Of a stretch of DNA of 64,000 nt, positions 1 through 13,364 are shown piece after piece (position 1 is the stretch's first letter; each line of letters begins with the position of its first letter). The notes beneath the pieces were generated by a model. The model did not search any database. It had not been told where the DNA came from and saw only the letters and a list, made by a program, of their open reading frames with translations. The DNA is taken from positions 70,990,001-71,054,000 of the forward strand of contig NC_043007.1 in the NCBI RefSeq assembly GCF_006345805.1, read 5' to 3'. A program made the position numbers and the translations under genes. Source of the DNA: Octopus sinensis (taxonomy: Eukaryota).

Positions 1-1267
1 TATGTCCAATTAACTTGTTTACCCAGCACTGACTTTGGAGAGAGGGCCAAGAAATGCATTTGAAATAAACAAACATTAACACTAATTGCAGTGCCCTAAC
101 AAAGCTGCAGCTTCTGGCTGAAATCAATAAGAAAAGAAGAATATATTAAAAATTTTTTTTCCTTAATGAGATAAAAAACCAAAGATGTGTTGATTTTAGA
201 ACATTTATAAATAGAAGGTCTTACAGCTGTTTCTAGGATATTTATTATATCTCTTCATCAGAGATGGTGTGAGAAAATGGTTAAGCAATAATTAATTTAG
301 ATGAAATATGAAATGGCGAGTGAGGTGGAGGAATGAAAATAGATGTGAGATATGCAGGGATATTGTATTTGTAGATCCATTATTTAGGCAGAATGGTATA
401 CATAAAAGATTCTAATACCTTATGAGTAAAATCCAATAGTATTTAAAATTGGTCATTCCAAGTATCGAGTTTATACACGGTGTTATTGAATCAAGGGTTA
501 TATATATATATATATATATGTTAAAAGAAGAATATATATATATAATTGTCATTTGAGATCCATGTTCTGTGTTGGCATGGATTGATCAGTGAGACATAAT
601 CCAATGGGTCCAAAGATTGCATTGTGCTCCAATGTCTGCATCAGCATAGTTTGACCCTTCCTATTACCAATCACTTTACAGCATGATCTGGGTGGTTTTT
701 TTTTGTGTGTCACAGCATTAGTGAGGTTGCCATGTAACTTCAAAACTATGAATCTTGATGGTGTAGCTTTATGCTAGGAGATGAGGGGTTAAATTATGAG
801 AGAAAAGGGCTCAAAGAAGGACAGGTTTATTGCCTTGAAGGGCCTACATTTTGGAAGAGAAGATGGAGGAGATTGAGTGGAGCTGGCAAGAGATAAAAAT
901 TGCGATGATGAGGTATCAAGGTGAGTTCTCAAGGTACAAGATGTGTAGAAGCGAGTGAAGGTGAGGAACCAGGTGGAGGTTGCCAGTGTGTGTGTGTGTG
1001 TGTGTGTGTGGTGGGGTGGTCGTGGTGGTGAGAAAAACGAATGGGTAAGGGAAAGGAAGGTGAGTGATGAGTGTAAAGATGAGGTGGCATTGAAGGGTGG
1101 ATAAGGAGTGGTGGATGCATAGAGTTAGGAGGAGGTAGGAAGAGTAGGTGATGACAGACAGGGCAGAAAAAATGGGGAGAGGGTAGCAGAATAGTATTGG
1201 TGATACAGTGAACAGGAGAAGGATGAGAGAACGATGAGTTGTGGTTGCAGAAGTGGCAGTAGGAGAA

Positions 1268-1305
<38 letters not shown>

Positions 1306-1536
1306 TTATATTTATGAGCATATGTATATTTGTTTATGTGTTTATATTTCATCAGTATTGATTTATATTTCCAGGTTAAGAATTATTGTATTTTTACCCC
1401 ATATTTCAATATAATTATGCATTTATATATGTATCCTACATCACCTTGTTTATTTATGTCTGTGTGATATAGTTATAACAATCATTTTGTGTGTGTGTGT
1501 ATATGTATGTATGTGTATATATATATATATATATAT

Positions 1537-1562
1537 ACGGAAACTGAAAGAAGCCTGTCGTA

Positions 1563-1617
<55 letters not shown>

Positions 1618-1815
1618 CTGTGTTTGTCCCCCTAGCATTGCTTGACAACCAATGCTGGTGTGTTTATGTCCCCCGTCACTTAGCGGTTCGGCAAAAGAGA
1701 CCGATAGAATAAGTACTGGGCTTACAAAGAATAAGTCCCGGGGTCGATTTGCTCGGCTAAAGGCGGTGCTCCAGCATGGCCACAGTCAAATGACTGAAAC
1801 AAGTAAAAGAGTAAA

Positions 1816-1818
<3 letters not shown>
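1537..1818 (+). mobile_element. SINE family A (tRNA head + central microsatellite + conserved tail), 5'-truncated
   Basis: acggaaactgaaagaagcc...(TA)n...gtttgtccccc...gctccagcatggccacagtcaaatgactgaaacaagtaaaaga, shared with over 10 other copies in the window. Confidence 0.85.
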
Positions 1819-1864
<46 letters not shown>

Positions 1865-2155
1865 CATATACATGCATATATGTATACATATGTATGTATT
1901 TATGTATGTTTATATGTATGTATGTATATATATATGTATGTATATATATATATGTATGTAAAATTATAATTTAGGGTATCTAAGAGATACCACCACGCTG
2001 GAAATAGCAGCCAAAACCTGACTTTAAGACCACATTAAATGTTCATACAGCACCAGGAGAGAAGATGAAGAGACAAAATAAACTAACAAAAAAATTACTA
2101 GATAATTCCAGATCCTGGATTTCTGGCTCTGAATATACTCAGATTGTGCATAAAT

Positions 2156-2200
<45 letters not shown>

Positions 2201-2285
2201 AAACATACAAATACTTACATATACGAACGTATACATACATATATATGCATGTATATATATATATATATAGATATGTGTGTGTGTG

Positions 2286-2352
<67 letters not shown>

Positions 2353-2365
2353 ATATATTTGTAAA

Positions 2366-2775
2366 GCATAGCTGTGTGGTAAGAAGTTTGCTTCCCAACC
2401 ATATGGTTCTAGGTTCAGTCCCACTACTTGGCACATGGGCAGGTGTCTTTTACTGTAGCATCAAAATCAACCAAAACCTTGTTAGTAGATTTGGCTGAGG
2501 AAAGTGAAAGAAGCCCCTCATATATATTTGTGTGTTTGTGTGTGTGTGTAATTGTACCTTTGGTTTCCCCCCCTCCCCAATAATGATTAACAACTTTTGT
2601 TGGTGTGTTTATTTCCCCATAACTTTGCAGTTCAGCAAAGGATACTGATAGAATATGTACCAGGTTTGGAAAATAAGTCCTGGCGTTCAATTCATTCAAC
2701 TAAACACAAAATTCTTCAAGGCAGTGCCCCAGCATGGCTGCAGTCATGCAACTAAAACAGGTAAAGGAATAGAAG
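2366..2775 (+). mobile_element. SINE family A copy
   Basis: Head gctgtgtggtaagaagtttgcttcccaaccatatggttctaggttcagtccc plus diverged family tail. Confidence 0.82.
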
Positions 2776-3108
2776 AATGTAGCCTTATTAAACCATTATG
2801 TATGATTGCCACATATAATTCTACATACATTTCTATATTGTATTGCTTTTCTAAAATATCACACACACAAACACACATACACAGACGGATGTGTATGCAT
2901 CCCTTCTGTTTTTACAGCTATACTCCTTTTTCACACTTTGAATTTTGTATAACAGTCAGCTAATTTAACTTTTACTCAAAATACACTCTTACGTGTCTAT
3001 TATGTCTTTAACTTACCATAATTACATTGTTTCCTTTAGATCTAATTCCTGTTTATGTGTGGCAGTAGTTATACTGTTTTCTACTACTATTAGCTTCTCT
3101 CTCTAAAT

Positions 3109-3349
3109 GCGGCGAGCTGGTAGAAATGTTAGCATGCCTGGCGAAATGCTTTTCTTTTATTTGTTTCAGTCATTTGACTGTAGCCATGCTGGAGCACCGC
3201 CTTTAGTCGAACAAATCGATCCCAGGACTTATTCTTTGTAAGCCTAGTACTTATTCTATCGGTCTCTCTTGCTGAACCGCTAGTCGACGGGGACGTAAAC
3301 ACACCAGCATCGGTTGTCACGTGATGTTGGGGGGACAAAGACAGACGCA

Positions 3350-3395
<46 letters not shown>

Positions 3396-3759
3396 ACACA
3401 CACACACACATACACACACAAACACCTACGACAGGCTTGTTTCATTTTCCGTCTACCAAATTCACTCACAAAGCTTTGGTCAGTCCAAGGCTATAGTAGA
3501 AGACACTTGACCAAGGTGCCATGCAGTGGGACTGAACCTAGAACCATGTGGTTGGTAAGCAAGCTACTTACCACAGAGCCACTCCTGCTTAGTGGTATTT
3601 CATCTGTCTTTATTTTCTAAGTTCAAATTCCACTGAGGTCAGCTTTGCCTTTCATCCTTTTGGTGTCAGTAAATTAAGTACCAGTTGTGTACTGGGGTCG
3701 ATCTTATTGACTGGCCCCTGCCCCAAAATTTTGGGCCTTGTGCTTAGAGTAGAAAAGAA
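3109..3759 (+). mobile_element. SINE family B interrupted by a family A copy
   Basis: Head gcggcgagctggtagaaatgttagcatgcc resumes after ~3590 (ttagtggtatttc...ctttgcctttcatcc...aagtaccag); 15-bp TSD tattagcttctctct at 3088-3102 and 3760-3774. Confidence 0.88.
3151..3588 (-). mobile_element. SINE family A copy nested in family B
   Basis: Reverse complement of the full family A head, (CA)n spacer and tail. Confidence 0.9.
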
Positions 3760-3805
3760 TATTAGCTTCTCTCTTTCTAGTATAAGTTTAACTTGTTCTC
3801 TTATC

Positions 3806-4020
3806 TTTTATCTTTCACTTGCTTTAGTCATTAGACTGTGGCCATTGTGGAGCACCACCTTGAAGAGATTTTACTCAAATGAATTGGTCCCAGTATTTGT
3901 TTTAAGCCTGGTACTTATTCTATCAGGTTCTTTTGTCGAACTGCTAAGTAATGGGGATATAAATGCAACAATGCCGGTTGTCAAGTGTGGGGGACAAACA
4001 CAGATACTAAGATTTTTCCC

Positions 4021-4055
<35 letters not shown>

Positions 4056-4204
4056 ACAGGGTCCTTCAGTTTCTTTTTCCCAGATTCACTCACAAGGCTT
4101 TGGTCGTCCCAAGACTATTGTAGAAGACACTTGCCCAAGGTGCCAGTGTGATTGAACCCAGAACCGTGTAGTTGGGAAGCAAACTTCTTACTGCACAGCC
4201 ATGC
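3806..4204 (-). mobile_element. SINE family A copy
   Basis: Reverse-complement family A head and tail around a (TA)n tract. Confidence 0.82.
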
Positions 4205-4338
4205 TTGTTCATTTATTTAAATTTTTCTTTATTGATAGTTTGATATATTTTCTTAGATTATGCCTGATTTCTTCAGTAAATTACCCAAAATGTAGACAGA
4301 GTAAATGATGAGGTACACACACACACACACACACACAC

Positions 4339-4499
4339 ACATTAAATTAATAATAATATACATATGTATATAATTATATTATGGGAGCAAGGGCGAAAAT
4401 AACCTAACTCCAACATGCTTGAAGTTGGAGTTAGGTCGTTTTTGTATTTGCTCCCTTAATATAATTATATACACATGTATATTATTATTAATTTAATGT
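4339..4499. repeat. Fold-back palindromic insert (~160 bp)
   Basis: acattaaattaataataatatacat...gggagcaa / ttgctccc...atgtatattattattaatttaatgt, with inner stem acctaactccaac / gttggagttaggt. Confidence 0.85.
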
Positions 4500-4568
4500 A
4501 TAAATTACCTATAAATTTTCATAGCATACTGGCTACCTGATAAAAATCATTAATGTGATTTTTAACCC

Positions 4569-4603
<35 letters not shown>

Positions 4604-6229
4604 ACATACACACATGTATACAAGGGTTGCATTAGATCCTTATGGTACCATCACCCTTTTTATACTTATAGTCATCACTAACTCAAGCCACTTGTTATTG
4701 ACATCTATCATTTACTCCCACCACTTATCATCCATTCCTGTTACTAATCTTTACCTTTCTATCTCCCTCTAATCTCAATCACTCTATTTCTACCACTACA
4801 ACCTTTCTTTTCTCCTCTCATCCTGTCTCAGAATAATGACAATTATTGTGATGTATGTTGAATTGTGCATGCTGGCCATTTTATCATTACAAAGCTAGGA
4901 AGCAAAATATTTACAAATGCCAATATAAATAGTAATTTCAGAAATCAAATTGAGAAATTCAAATCTGTTCTGAATGGAAAATAATACATAAAGTGTTACA
5001 ATACTGCAAATAGTTTGTAGATTATCTCCCTTCAACTATATTTATATAGTAACGCCACCTGGTTATAATTACCTTTGTTATAGAACTATTTACCTGAAGT
5101 TTGTTATAAAACAAAGAAATAAATAATAATAATAATAATAATAAAAGTTAAAATCTTGATATTTTGAAATTTGATTTACACACACAATGATATGTTTATG
5201 TTGTATTCTGTATATACTTACATAATTAGCTATGTGTGTGTATATGCATACATATGAAAACATACTATAGAAATCAGTTATATACACCAGAAGCACTATT
5301 AGTTTCAAATAGCCTTTTGTGCATCACGCTTAATGTAAATATATCATGATTAACAAAATACTGCGGTATTTGTCTGGAGATAATATTTCTTATGGACATT
5401 ATTATGTTTAAAAGTACAAAATCTTCCAGTAGGGGCAGAGTGGGAATGGTAGATGTGTGCTTCTACCTTGTTGGGCTTTGTCAGTAGCATGTACCCATTT
5501 CCAGTTGAATACTATGATAAAATCCATTGCTAGTTATATTGGAACATAGAGATTGCACAATAACTGGTGTTGTAATTAGCTGCCCAGCTGATTAAAAGTT
5601 TGGTATATGCAACATGTGGCATTTTTACTGCTACCTCCAGGCAATTTTGATCTGTTACTATTTCTGTTTTTAAACATGGCAGATCTTGAAGAGATATTAT
5701 CTCTAAACAAATACTGCAATAAATTTGCTTTTTCATAATGTATTTACAAGAAAATAGAAGTGGTGATAAGTGCCAGTACATAAGAGAGGGGTGTAGAAAG
5801 CAACAGTACAATAAAAATGTAGATGGATGAGAAATAAGATGATGTGAAGTGGGTTGGGACAGACAGATGGACAGTGACAGAGATGGAGGTTAGAGGTATG
5901 TAGGGTTGGATGCAGTGAGTGACAAACAAAGGTGGATAGGGACCTTTGATGGCAGATGAGAGAAGGTGTTCAAGGGAAAGAGGCATTCAGTAGGAAACAA
6001 AGTGATGAGGGATATTGAAAATTTGAGCTGAGTGAGAAAGGAAATTGTTCCAAGAAGGACATCTGATAACAAAAATATAAACAAAAAGATGAAATATGTA
6101 CAATTCTATTCTTATGCAATTACAGTAACTGAAGAATGGTGCCATAGTTAGAAAAATGATGGATTGTGAATGAGTTGTTTGGAAGGCTTGGGTGCAGGGT
6201 GGAGCATAAACATAAATACTATACTTTTA

Positions 6230-9200
6230 GGACCCTTTTTCCTACTGAGCTGGATAGATCTTCTTAAGTACATTGACTCACCGATCATGTCAGTCCTTTG
6301 ACATCTTTTCTTTCGAGGCTCAACAACCTGAGGTCAGTTTTCACTACTTTGTTCCATGTCTTCCAGGGTCTCCCTTTTCCACAGTTTCATCCATATTTAA
6401 CAACCAGCACTTCTTTATGCAGATGTCCTCATTAATACACATCACACAACCATTTCGTCCCAGTCTTCTTTCTTGCATACTACATCTGATGCCACTTATA
6501 CCCAATTTTCATTTCAAAGCATTACACACTGATATAGAACATCTGTAGAGCATTCTAGCTTAATTCATTTTACCCTTCACATGTCCTCTGCATTCATGGC
6601 TCAAGCTTCACAACTATGTATCATTACTGTTCGTACACAAGCCTCATACAATCTGCCTTTCACTTTGAGAGAGAAGCCTTTTGTTATCAAGGGAGATAAA
6701 AGCTCTCTAAACTTTGTTCAGCCAGTTTGAATTCTAATTAAGCTTTCAAAACATTCTCTTTCATTGCACATTAGGTCACCTAGGCCACCTATCTGCTACC
6801 TCTAGTGAGCTTCCGGGGCATTTAAGGAAATCTATTTCCCTTGTATTCTTAGTGTTTATTGTTCCTGTACATCCTTCACATATAAACACTACGTTCTCTG
6901 GTTTCACCATGTTTCTTATGTGTCTTTAGTTTGTACTGAGTACATCATGTAGAATTTCTACCAACACATCTTTCAGCATATCAAACAGGTTCATTTTCCT
7001 GAAGGAATTAGCATATTGTTTTCCTGCTTACTAGAATGCTAGTCATTGCTAAGTTACCTTTAAGGTCCTTTATTCCATGTTTTGCTTCCATACCTAGAAT
7101 TTCTTTTCTAATTCTGCTACAGTTTTAGTTATAAGAACAAGGTTGTCACATAAAGGAGTTCTCACAGGTAACCAGGCTTAAATTCTTCTATTATAGCCTG
7201 GAGGACAATCATAAATAGGAGGGGATTGAGAGATGATCCTTGATGAATTATCTGCACACTAAATTTGTCACTGTACTCATTGTTACCTTCCACTTTACTG
7301 GCAGCACCCCTGTGGTTTGGATGCCTCTCATAACTCATTCATCCACTTCTAGCTTCCACAGTAACCACTAAATCAGGGAGCAAAGGACTCTGTCAAGGGC
7401 TTTCTCTAGGTTGACAAAAGCCAAGTACAGTAGTTTACTTTTGAATAAATACTTCTACTGCAGTTGTCATACTAAGATGGTATCAGTAGTACCCAAACTC
7501 CATCTCATCTTCTCTAACTAACTCTCTTCCTAATTAGTTGAGCTATAAATCTTTCTGTAACTTTCATGGCCTGGTCAAGCAATTTGGTACTCCTGTAATT
7601 ACTTCTTTCTAAGCCAGCACGTTTACTCCTATAACAGCTGACTATAATGCTTTTACAGCATCATTGGGTATGTTACCTTTCTGTACAACCGGATTAACTG
7701 GTGACTAGGCTGTACCTAACTCTGTCAGATATTTTAAGTATCTTGGTGGTAATTCCTGATACAGCATATGCTTTCCCTGCTTCATATCCTTAATTGCTTT
7801 ATTATCATACTGCTCTCATCTAGAATGGCTGGTTTGTCTGTCAGGTTCACATTTGGAAGGTTTTCTTTCTCCCATGCATTCTCCATATTTAAGAACCTTT
7901 CATAGCAGCACTTCAGTGCCTCTTTTCAAAATCACTAAATGCAAGTGTATCATTATCCATCTCTACATATTCCTCTCCTACAATATCTCAATTTTCTCTG
8001 GTATGATATTTTGAAAACTGGAACACCTCATGCATCTACTCCTTATACTGTAGAACATTGGCAGACCTCTCTCTTTCTGCTTCTTCTCTTGCAAAATAGA
8101 CCTGTTGCCAAGCTTCTCTTCTAGTTACCAGGTATAATTCTCTGCAACTTCATTCTTCCAATACTTCCAAGCCTTTCTCTCTCTCTCTCTCTCTCTCTTT
8201 GCCTTTGTGGCTCTGTCTACTTCACTGTTACTCCAGCATGTCACTTTTGGCCTAACTGGAACTTTGCACCTGTCCCAGATTTGTCCAGTAGCTCTCTGCA
8301 GATTGTTCCAAAAGCACTATCAGTTGTTCTAAATGTTATATGTTTCTATCTCCTCCTCCTTCTTGTCATATATTTCAATTATGACTTCTTTCCATCTCTA
8401 ACAATTTGATGGCTCTTTAAGTTTCCTTATCTTTCTTTTCCAAGCTGGTATTTATCTTTGATCCCTTCTAGTCCTAAATCCCAAATGAGTAAACACTAAC
8501 TTATTTTGAGTAGTGTATTCTTTCTTCATCAGAAAAGGATTTTGCATTTACAGTCATTTGTCCCTGTTTCTAGTGCAGGTGCATGGCTTAGTGGTTAGGG
8601 TGTTGAACTGATGATCGTAAGGTTGTAGTTTCGATTCCTGGACCGGGCGATGCGTTGTGTTCTTGAGCAAAACACTTCATTTCACGTTACTCCAGTCCAC
8701 TCAGCTGGCAAAAATGAGTAATCCTGCGACGGACCGGCGTTCCATCCAGGTTGGGAATTTCTATGCCAGTGAAACCGGGAAACAGGCCCTTATGAGCTTG
8801 GCATAGCTCGAGAAGGAACATTTATTTTTATTGTCCCTGTTTCTGGCGAGAATGTAGCCAATCTGTTTTGTGTGTCCATAAGATTGATATGTGATCAGAT
8901 GACTGGTTGGTTCCCTGAAGTTTGCTGCACAAAACTCCTGTAGCCATGTTTCTTTCTCATTTTGAGAAACAAGACCATAGCCTCCATACACATTATGGTA
9001 TTCAGAAGGATGCTATTCAATGTGTGCATTGAAGTCATCACTCATGAAGATAAGGTCACTGAAGTTTGTCATTCAGATAATCTGCAAAAAAAAGGCAACA
9101 TAAATAACAGTCCTTTTGTTTGTCCAGCAGCCCTAATTGAGGTGCATTGCCAGAGAGAAATGTTGCTATTATATTTTCCAAGACTTGTCTGAGCATAATT

Positions 9201-9445
9201 ATTCTTCCACACATTCTAACTACCTTATTCACTTTATCTAACCATTTCTCTTCCAAGATTATTTCCCACTCTTCTGTCACTATTGGCTACTCAAAAGAAT
9301 TTATATCTATGTTTCTTGCCCATATGGAGTCTAGTTGAAGCCCCCTTTCACCTTATGGCTTGCACACAGCACATGTCTATGTCTCTTTTTGCATTTTAAC
9401 AATCTCATGAGACCTACCTTTCATTTTGTGAAAAGTTAAATTGAC
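6230..9445 (-). mobile_element. Near full-length, decayed RTE-clade LINE (APE endonuclease + reverse transcriptase)
   Basis: Minus-strand remnants in order: endonuclease (HLITYQSYGHTKQIGYILAR ~8850-8930), YLAFVNLEKALDRV (~7385-7430), HQGSSLNPLLFMIVLQAIIE (~7190-7250), C-terminal GKGRPWKTWNKVVKTDL (~6330-6380). Many stops and frameshifts. Confidence 0.88.
8572..8830 (+). mobile_element. tRNA-headed SINE (family D) inserted into the RTE LINE
   Basis: A-box tggcttagtggtt, B-box-like gtttcgattcc, central ttcttgagcaaaacactt domain; 14-bp TSD ttgtccctgtttct at 8558-8571 and 8831-8844. Confidence 0.9.
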
Positions 9446-9589
9446 CTCAGCAAGGTTTGATTCAACTCATTTGAGATGTGGAATGAAAATTACAATGAGT
9501 CCTTGCCAATGTTCTAATGATTCTGCCATTTCAAAGTATGCCTTTTTTTTGTGTGTGTGTGTGTGTGCAATATTTATTTATTTATCATT

Positions 9590-9850
9590 ATCATCATCAT
9601 CATTTTATGTCCACTTAACCTTGGTGGCAGATATTGGATGGCTCACTATAATTAAATCCAACACAACCATTTGCTCATCTAGATAAGTTTGAGATTCACA
9701 ACTTACATGTGCGTTTCATTTTTGCCTTGGTTTCTATGACTGATAACCCTTGCTAATGCCAACCGCTTTTCAGAGTGCATGCCACCACTTTTCAGAGTGC
9801 ATGCAGTGCATTTTTTCATGACACCAGTACTTGGCAACTTGTTATATCTT
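9590..9850 (-). mobile_element. SINE/LINE-tail family C, degenerate
   Basis: (CAT)n followed by a diverged ...ccttgctaatgccaacc... motif typical of family C. Confidence 0.55.
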
Positions 9851-11143
9851 CAAGAAGTCTCTTTCAAGAGAATAGTTTGATGAGAGAGGCAGAACCCGCA
9901 TGTAAAAGTGAAAAGGAATGTGAGTGAGAGGAAAGAATAAAGGGAGTGATAACTGTCAGTTCATAAGGCCAGGGTTGGATGGATGAGTGATAGTACAGTG
10001 TGTTGGGCACAGCAAGTTCACAGTGGTCTTTTATACATAGACATTTACATGGACAGAAGAATTTGTGCAATCAGGATATTGATAAGGGAATAGAAAGTAG
10101 GTATAGCTTGAATGACAGAGCAGATATAACATTAACTAAATATAAAGTTCCTTAGACTCATGGTAAAAATAAGGCATTGGAATGAATTCATAGAGAATGT
10201 TAGCCTTTAGATTAAAAGGTTTATAAGCTCGCAAAGAACTTCCCAATAAATTTTCCTCACAAGATTGAATAGGAATTGAGATTCTGCAATGCTGAGTTGT
10301 TTCACAAACAATTTATCAACAAAAGGAAAATAACATGCAACTGGAAATCAAAACTTGGTTTGCAGGTAACTTATTTTGTTAACAGATTTGTTGAAGAATG
10401 AAATCAATAGGATATAATATCCATCTCAGGTACATAGGAACAGTGGAGTTTTATGTGTCGGTTTGATCTGCTGGGAGTTTATGAAGATGGGTATTTCCTT
10501 TCATCTTGTTTGTATTCCTATAAAATGTAATGATGAACAAATACCAAACGCCATGTCACCTGTCACCTTTATTGCTTTATATTTAGAATACAGATACCAT
10601 AGAGAGTATATACAATATAGACACCAAACAGAGCATATATAACTAAATAGGACTAGATATTATGAGGGGAACAGGTTTGAAAGAAGTGCCTGAAACTTGG
10701 AAGAATATACAATAAAACTTGTGAAGCGATTATATTTATGTTTCATTTTGTTGAAACAAACTTTTGAGAAATTGCCAGAGTTTGTTGGCCCCAAGACAAA
10801 TGGTAAAAATTGTAAGGAACAAGAAATTAGATAAGTCCTGTAATTAATTATTACCCAGTCATTCATCATTATCATCATTGTTATTATCATTGTCATCCTC
10901 ATCCTCATTTTCATCACCATCGCCACCACCACCGCCACTGCCACCACCATTGTCATCGTCATCATCATCATCATCATCATCATCATCAGATATTTGTTTT
11001 TCCATGCTTACAAGGCTTATGGGTAGGTCGCCTTTAACACATCATCTCACCTCCCATTTATCATTTGCTGAGGTTCATCGACCCAGTGAGGTCATTATTT
11101 ACAATTTTTTCAGCCACTCTAAAAAACACAAACAAAAAGAAAA

Positions 11144-11313
11144 GGCATAGGAGTGGCTGTGTGGTAAGTAGCTTGCTTACTAACCACATGGTTCTGGGTT
11201 CAGTCCCACTGCATGGCACCTTGGGCAAGTGTTTTCTACTATAGCCTCGGGCCGACCAAAGTCTTGTGAGTAGATTTGGTAGATGGAAACTGAAAGAAGC
11301 CCATCGTATATAT

Positions 11314-11367
<54 letters not shown>

Positions 11368-11585
11368 TTAAGTTTGTGTGTCTGTGTTTGTCCCCCCCAA
11401 CATTGCTTGACAGCTGATGGTGGTGTGTTTATGTCTCCGTAACTTAGCGGTTCGGCAAAAGAGACCGATAGAATATGTACTAGGCTTACAAAGAATAAGT
11501 CCTGGGGGTTGATTTGCTTGACTAAAGGCGGTGCTCCAGCATGGCCACAGTCAAATGACTGAAACAAGTAAAAGAATAAAGAGAG
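11144..11585 (+). mobile_element. SINE family A, full length, ending ~40 bp upstream of the myosin acceptor
   Basis: ggcataggagtggctgtgtggtaagtagcttgc...(TA)n...atgactgaaacaagtaaaagaataaagag. Confidence 0.92.
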
Positions 11586-11627
11586 TATCACTTTTTTTTT
11601 TTTAAAGCAAAATATTTTATTCTTCAG

Positions 11628-11745
11628 GTATGTGCGATGTTTGAAACCCAACTCTAAGAAAGTGCCTAATAACTACCAAGAGTCTGAGGTATTGTCTCAG
11701 TTGAGATATTCTGGAATGTTGGATCTTATCAAGATTAAAAGAGAG
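11628..11745 (+). CDS. Unconventional myosin motor-domain exon (actin-binding region to SH2/SH1 helix); tentatively a MyTH4-FERM-type class such as X/XV/XXII
   Basis: Acceptor tattttattcttcag, donor GAG|gtaaga; 118 nt (1 nt + 39 codons) = (x)YVRCLKPNSKKVPNNYQESEVLSQLRYSGMLDLIKIKRE, matching the myosin motifs FVRCIKPN and QLRYSGMLETIRIRR. Ends in phase 0, in frame with the next exon. Confidence 0.94.
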
Positions 11746-11984
11746 GTAAGAATGCTCGCTTGTCTCCATTCAATTGTTTAATTGTTGAAATATTTTATTA
11801 ACTTTGTTAATTCAGTTTCTTCTTTTATTTCCAATCTCGTTGACTGTTCTTGCCTAAAGCAGGACTTTTCTTCCAGAAACATCATCAAGTCTATTTTCAT
11901 TTATTCAGCTCTTTGTAGAAATGTTAGAGGAATTATTTTGTTAGCAGGAGAAAATAAATGTAAAATTGTATTAAGAGATAAATA

Positions 11985-12086
<102 letters not shown>

Positions 12087-13067
12087 AAGAGATTGAAAAG
12101 GTTTATCATTTTTAGCTTCAGGGAGAAAAGAAACAGCTTTGAAACGTTTGAATGGCTGATTTGTGACAATATAACATGAAGTGACCTATGAGCTGAGTGA
12201 AAGGGTAAGAGAGAGAGAGGGAGAGAAAGAGAGAGCGAGAGAGAGAGAGAAAGTGTGTGAGCAGTGGGAGTAATTAAGAGACATGTGGTTAATGTGTCCG
12301 TATTTTTTTTTACAGCTTAGAAAATTATTTTCTTTAGAATAAATTTTTTTGCATGAAGACAGTGGTTTTAGTGTTTTGCATTTGCTGTTGTGGTTGTATT
12401 GAGTGCAACAGGAACAATCTCGAGCCATTGTTAGTGAGATGGGCAAATGTCTACTCATAGAGGACAGAGGAAAAATTTTTGAAGGATCATGCAACCAACG
12501 TTTGCATGAAAATCTGCTTTTATGATGATGATGATAATGATGATGATGATGAGAATGACTGTTGTGAAGTCAATAACAATGATAATAATAGGGTAGTAGT
12601 GATGATGATGATGAGGAGGAAGAGGAGGAGAAGGGTGATGAAAATGCAAGTGATAAGGTGGTGATGGCGTTGGTGGGGAGGATATTGTTGGTGTTGATAT
12701 TTACAACATTTTGGTTAGAAGTCATTGCCAGCAAAAAAAAAAGAAAAAATTTAAATATGAATAGTGTGTGATTTTGTGTGTGTGTGTGTGAGAGGAGAGA
12801 GAGAGAGAGAGAGAGAGATAAAGAGAGAAAAAAAAGAGAGAGAGAAAGGGAAAGATAGAGAGAAAGTGAAAGAAGGAGAGAGAAAGAAAGAGAGAGAGAG
12901 AGACTAACATAATGTGTGTGTAGATGATGTGATTTTATTTAAAAAAGTTCTTACTAATGAAGAAAGAATCAGTTTCCAACCCCCAAATAAGGTTTATTCT
13001 GTAGAATTTAGATGTTAACTATGTAGTGATGTATGTATGTATGTATGTATGTATGTTTGTGTGTATG

Positions 13068-13122
<55 letters not shown>

Positions 13123-13364
13123 GTGTGTGTGGGTGTGTATGTGTAAGCTTTATGTCTCCTGGGTTGAATCCCATCATGGGACATCTTAGGCAAGTGTTTT
13201 CTTTTCACTCCAGTCTCTTGTTGAGCAGAGCCTTGCGTGTGAACTTGGTGAAATGGAAACTATGAGGAAGCCTGTTAGATTGTGCTAGGAACTGAAAGGT
13301 ATAGCCTTGTCATACACAGGGTACCAGTGATTCTGTCTGTGTAATACTCAACCACTTAAATGCA

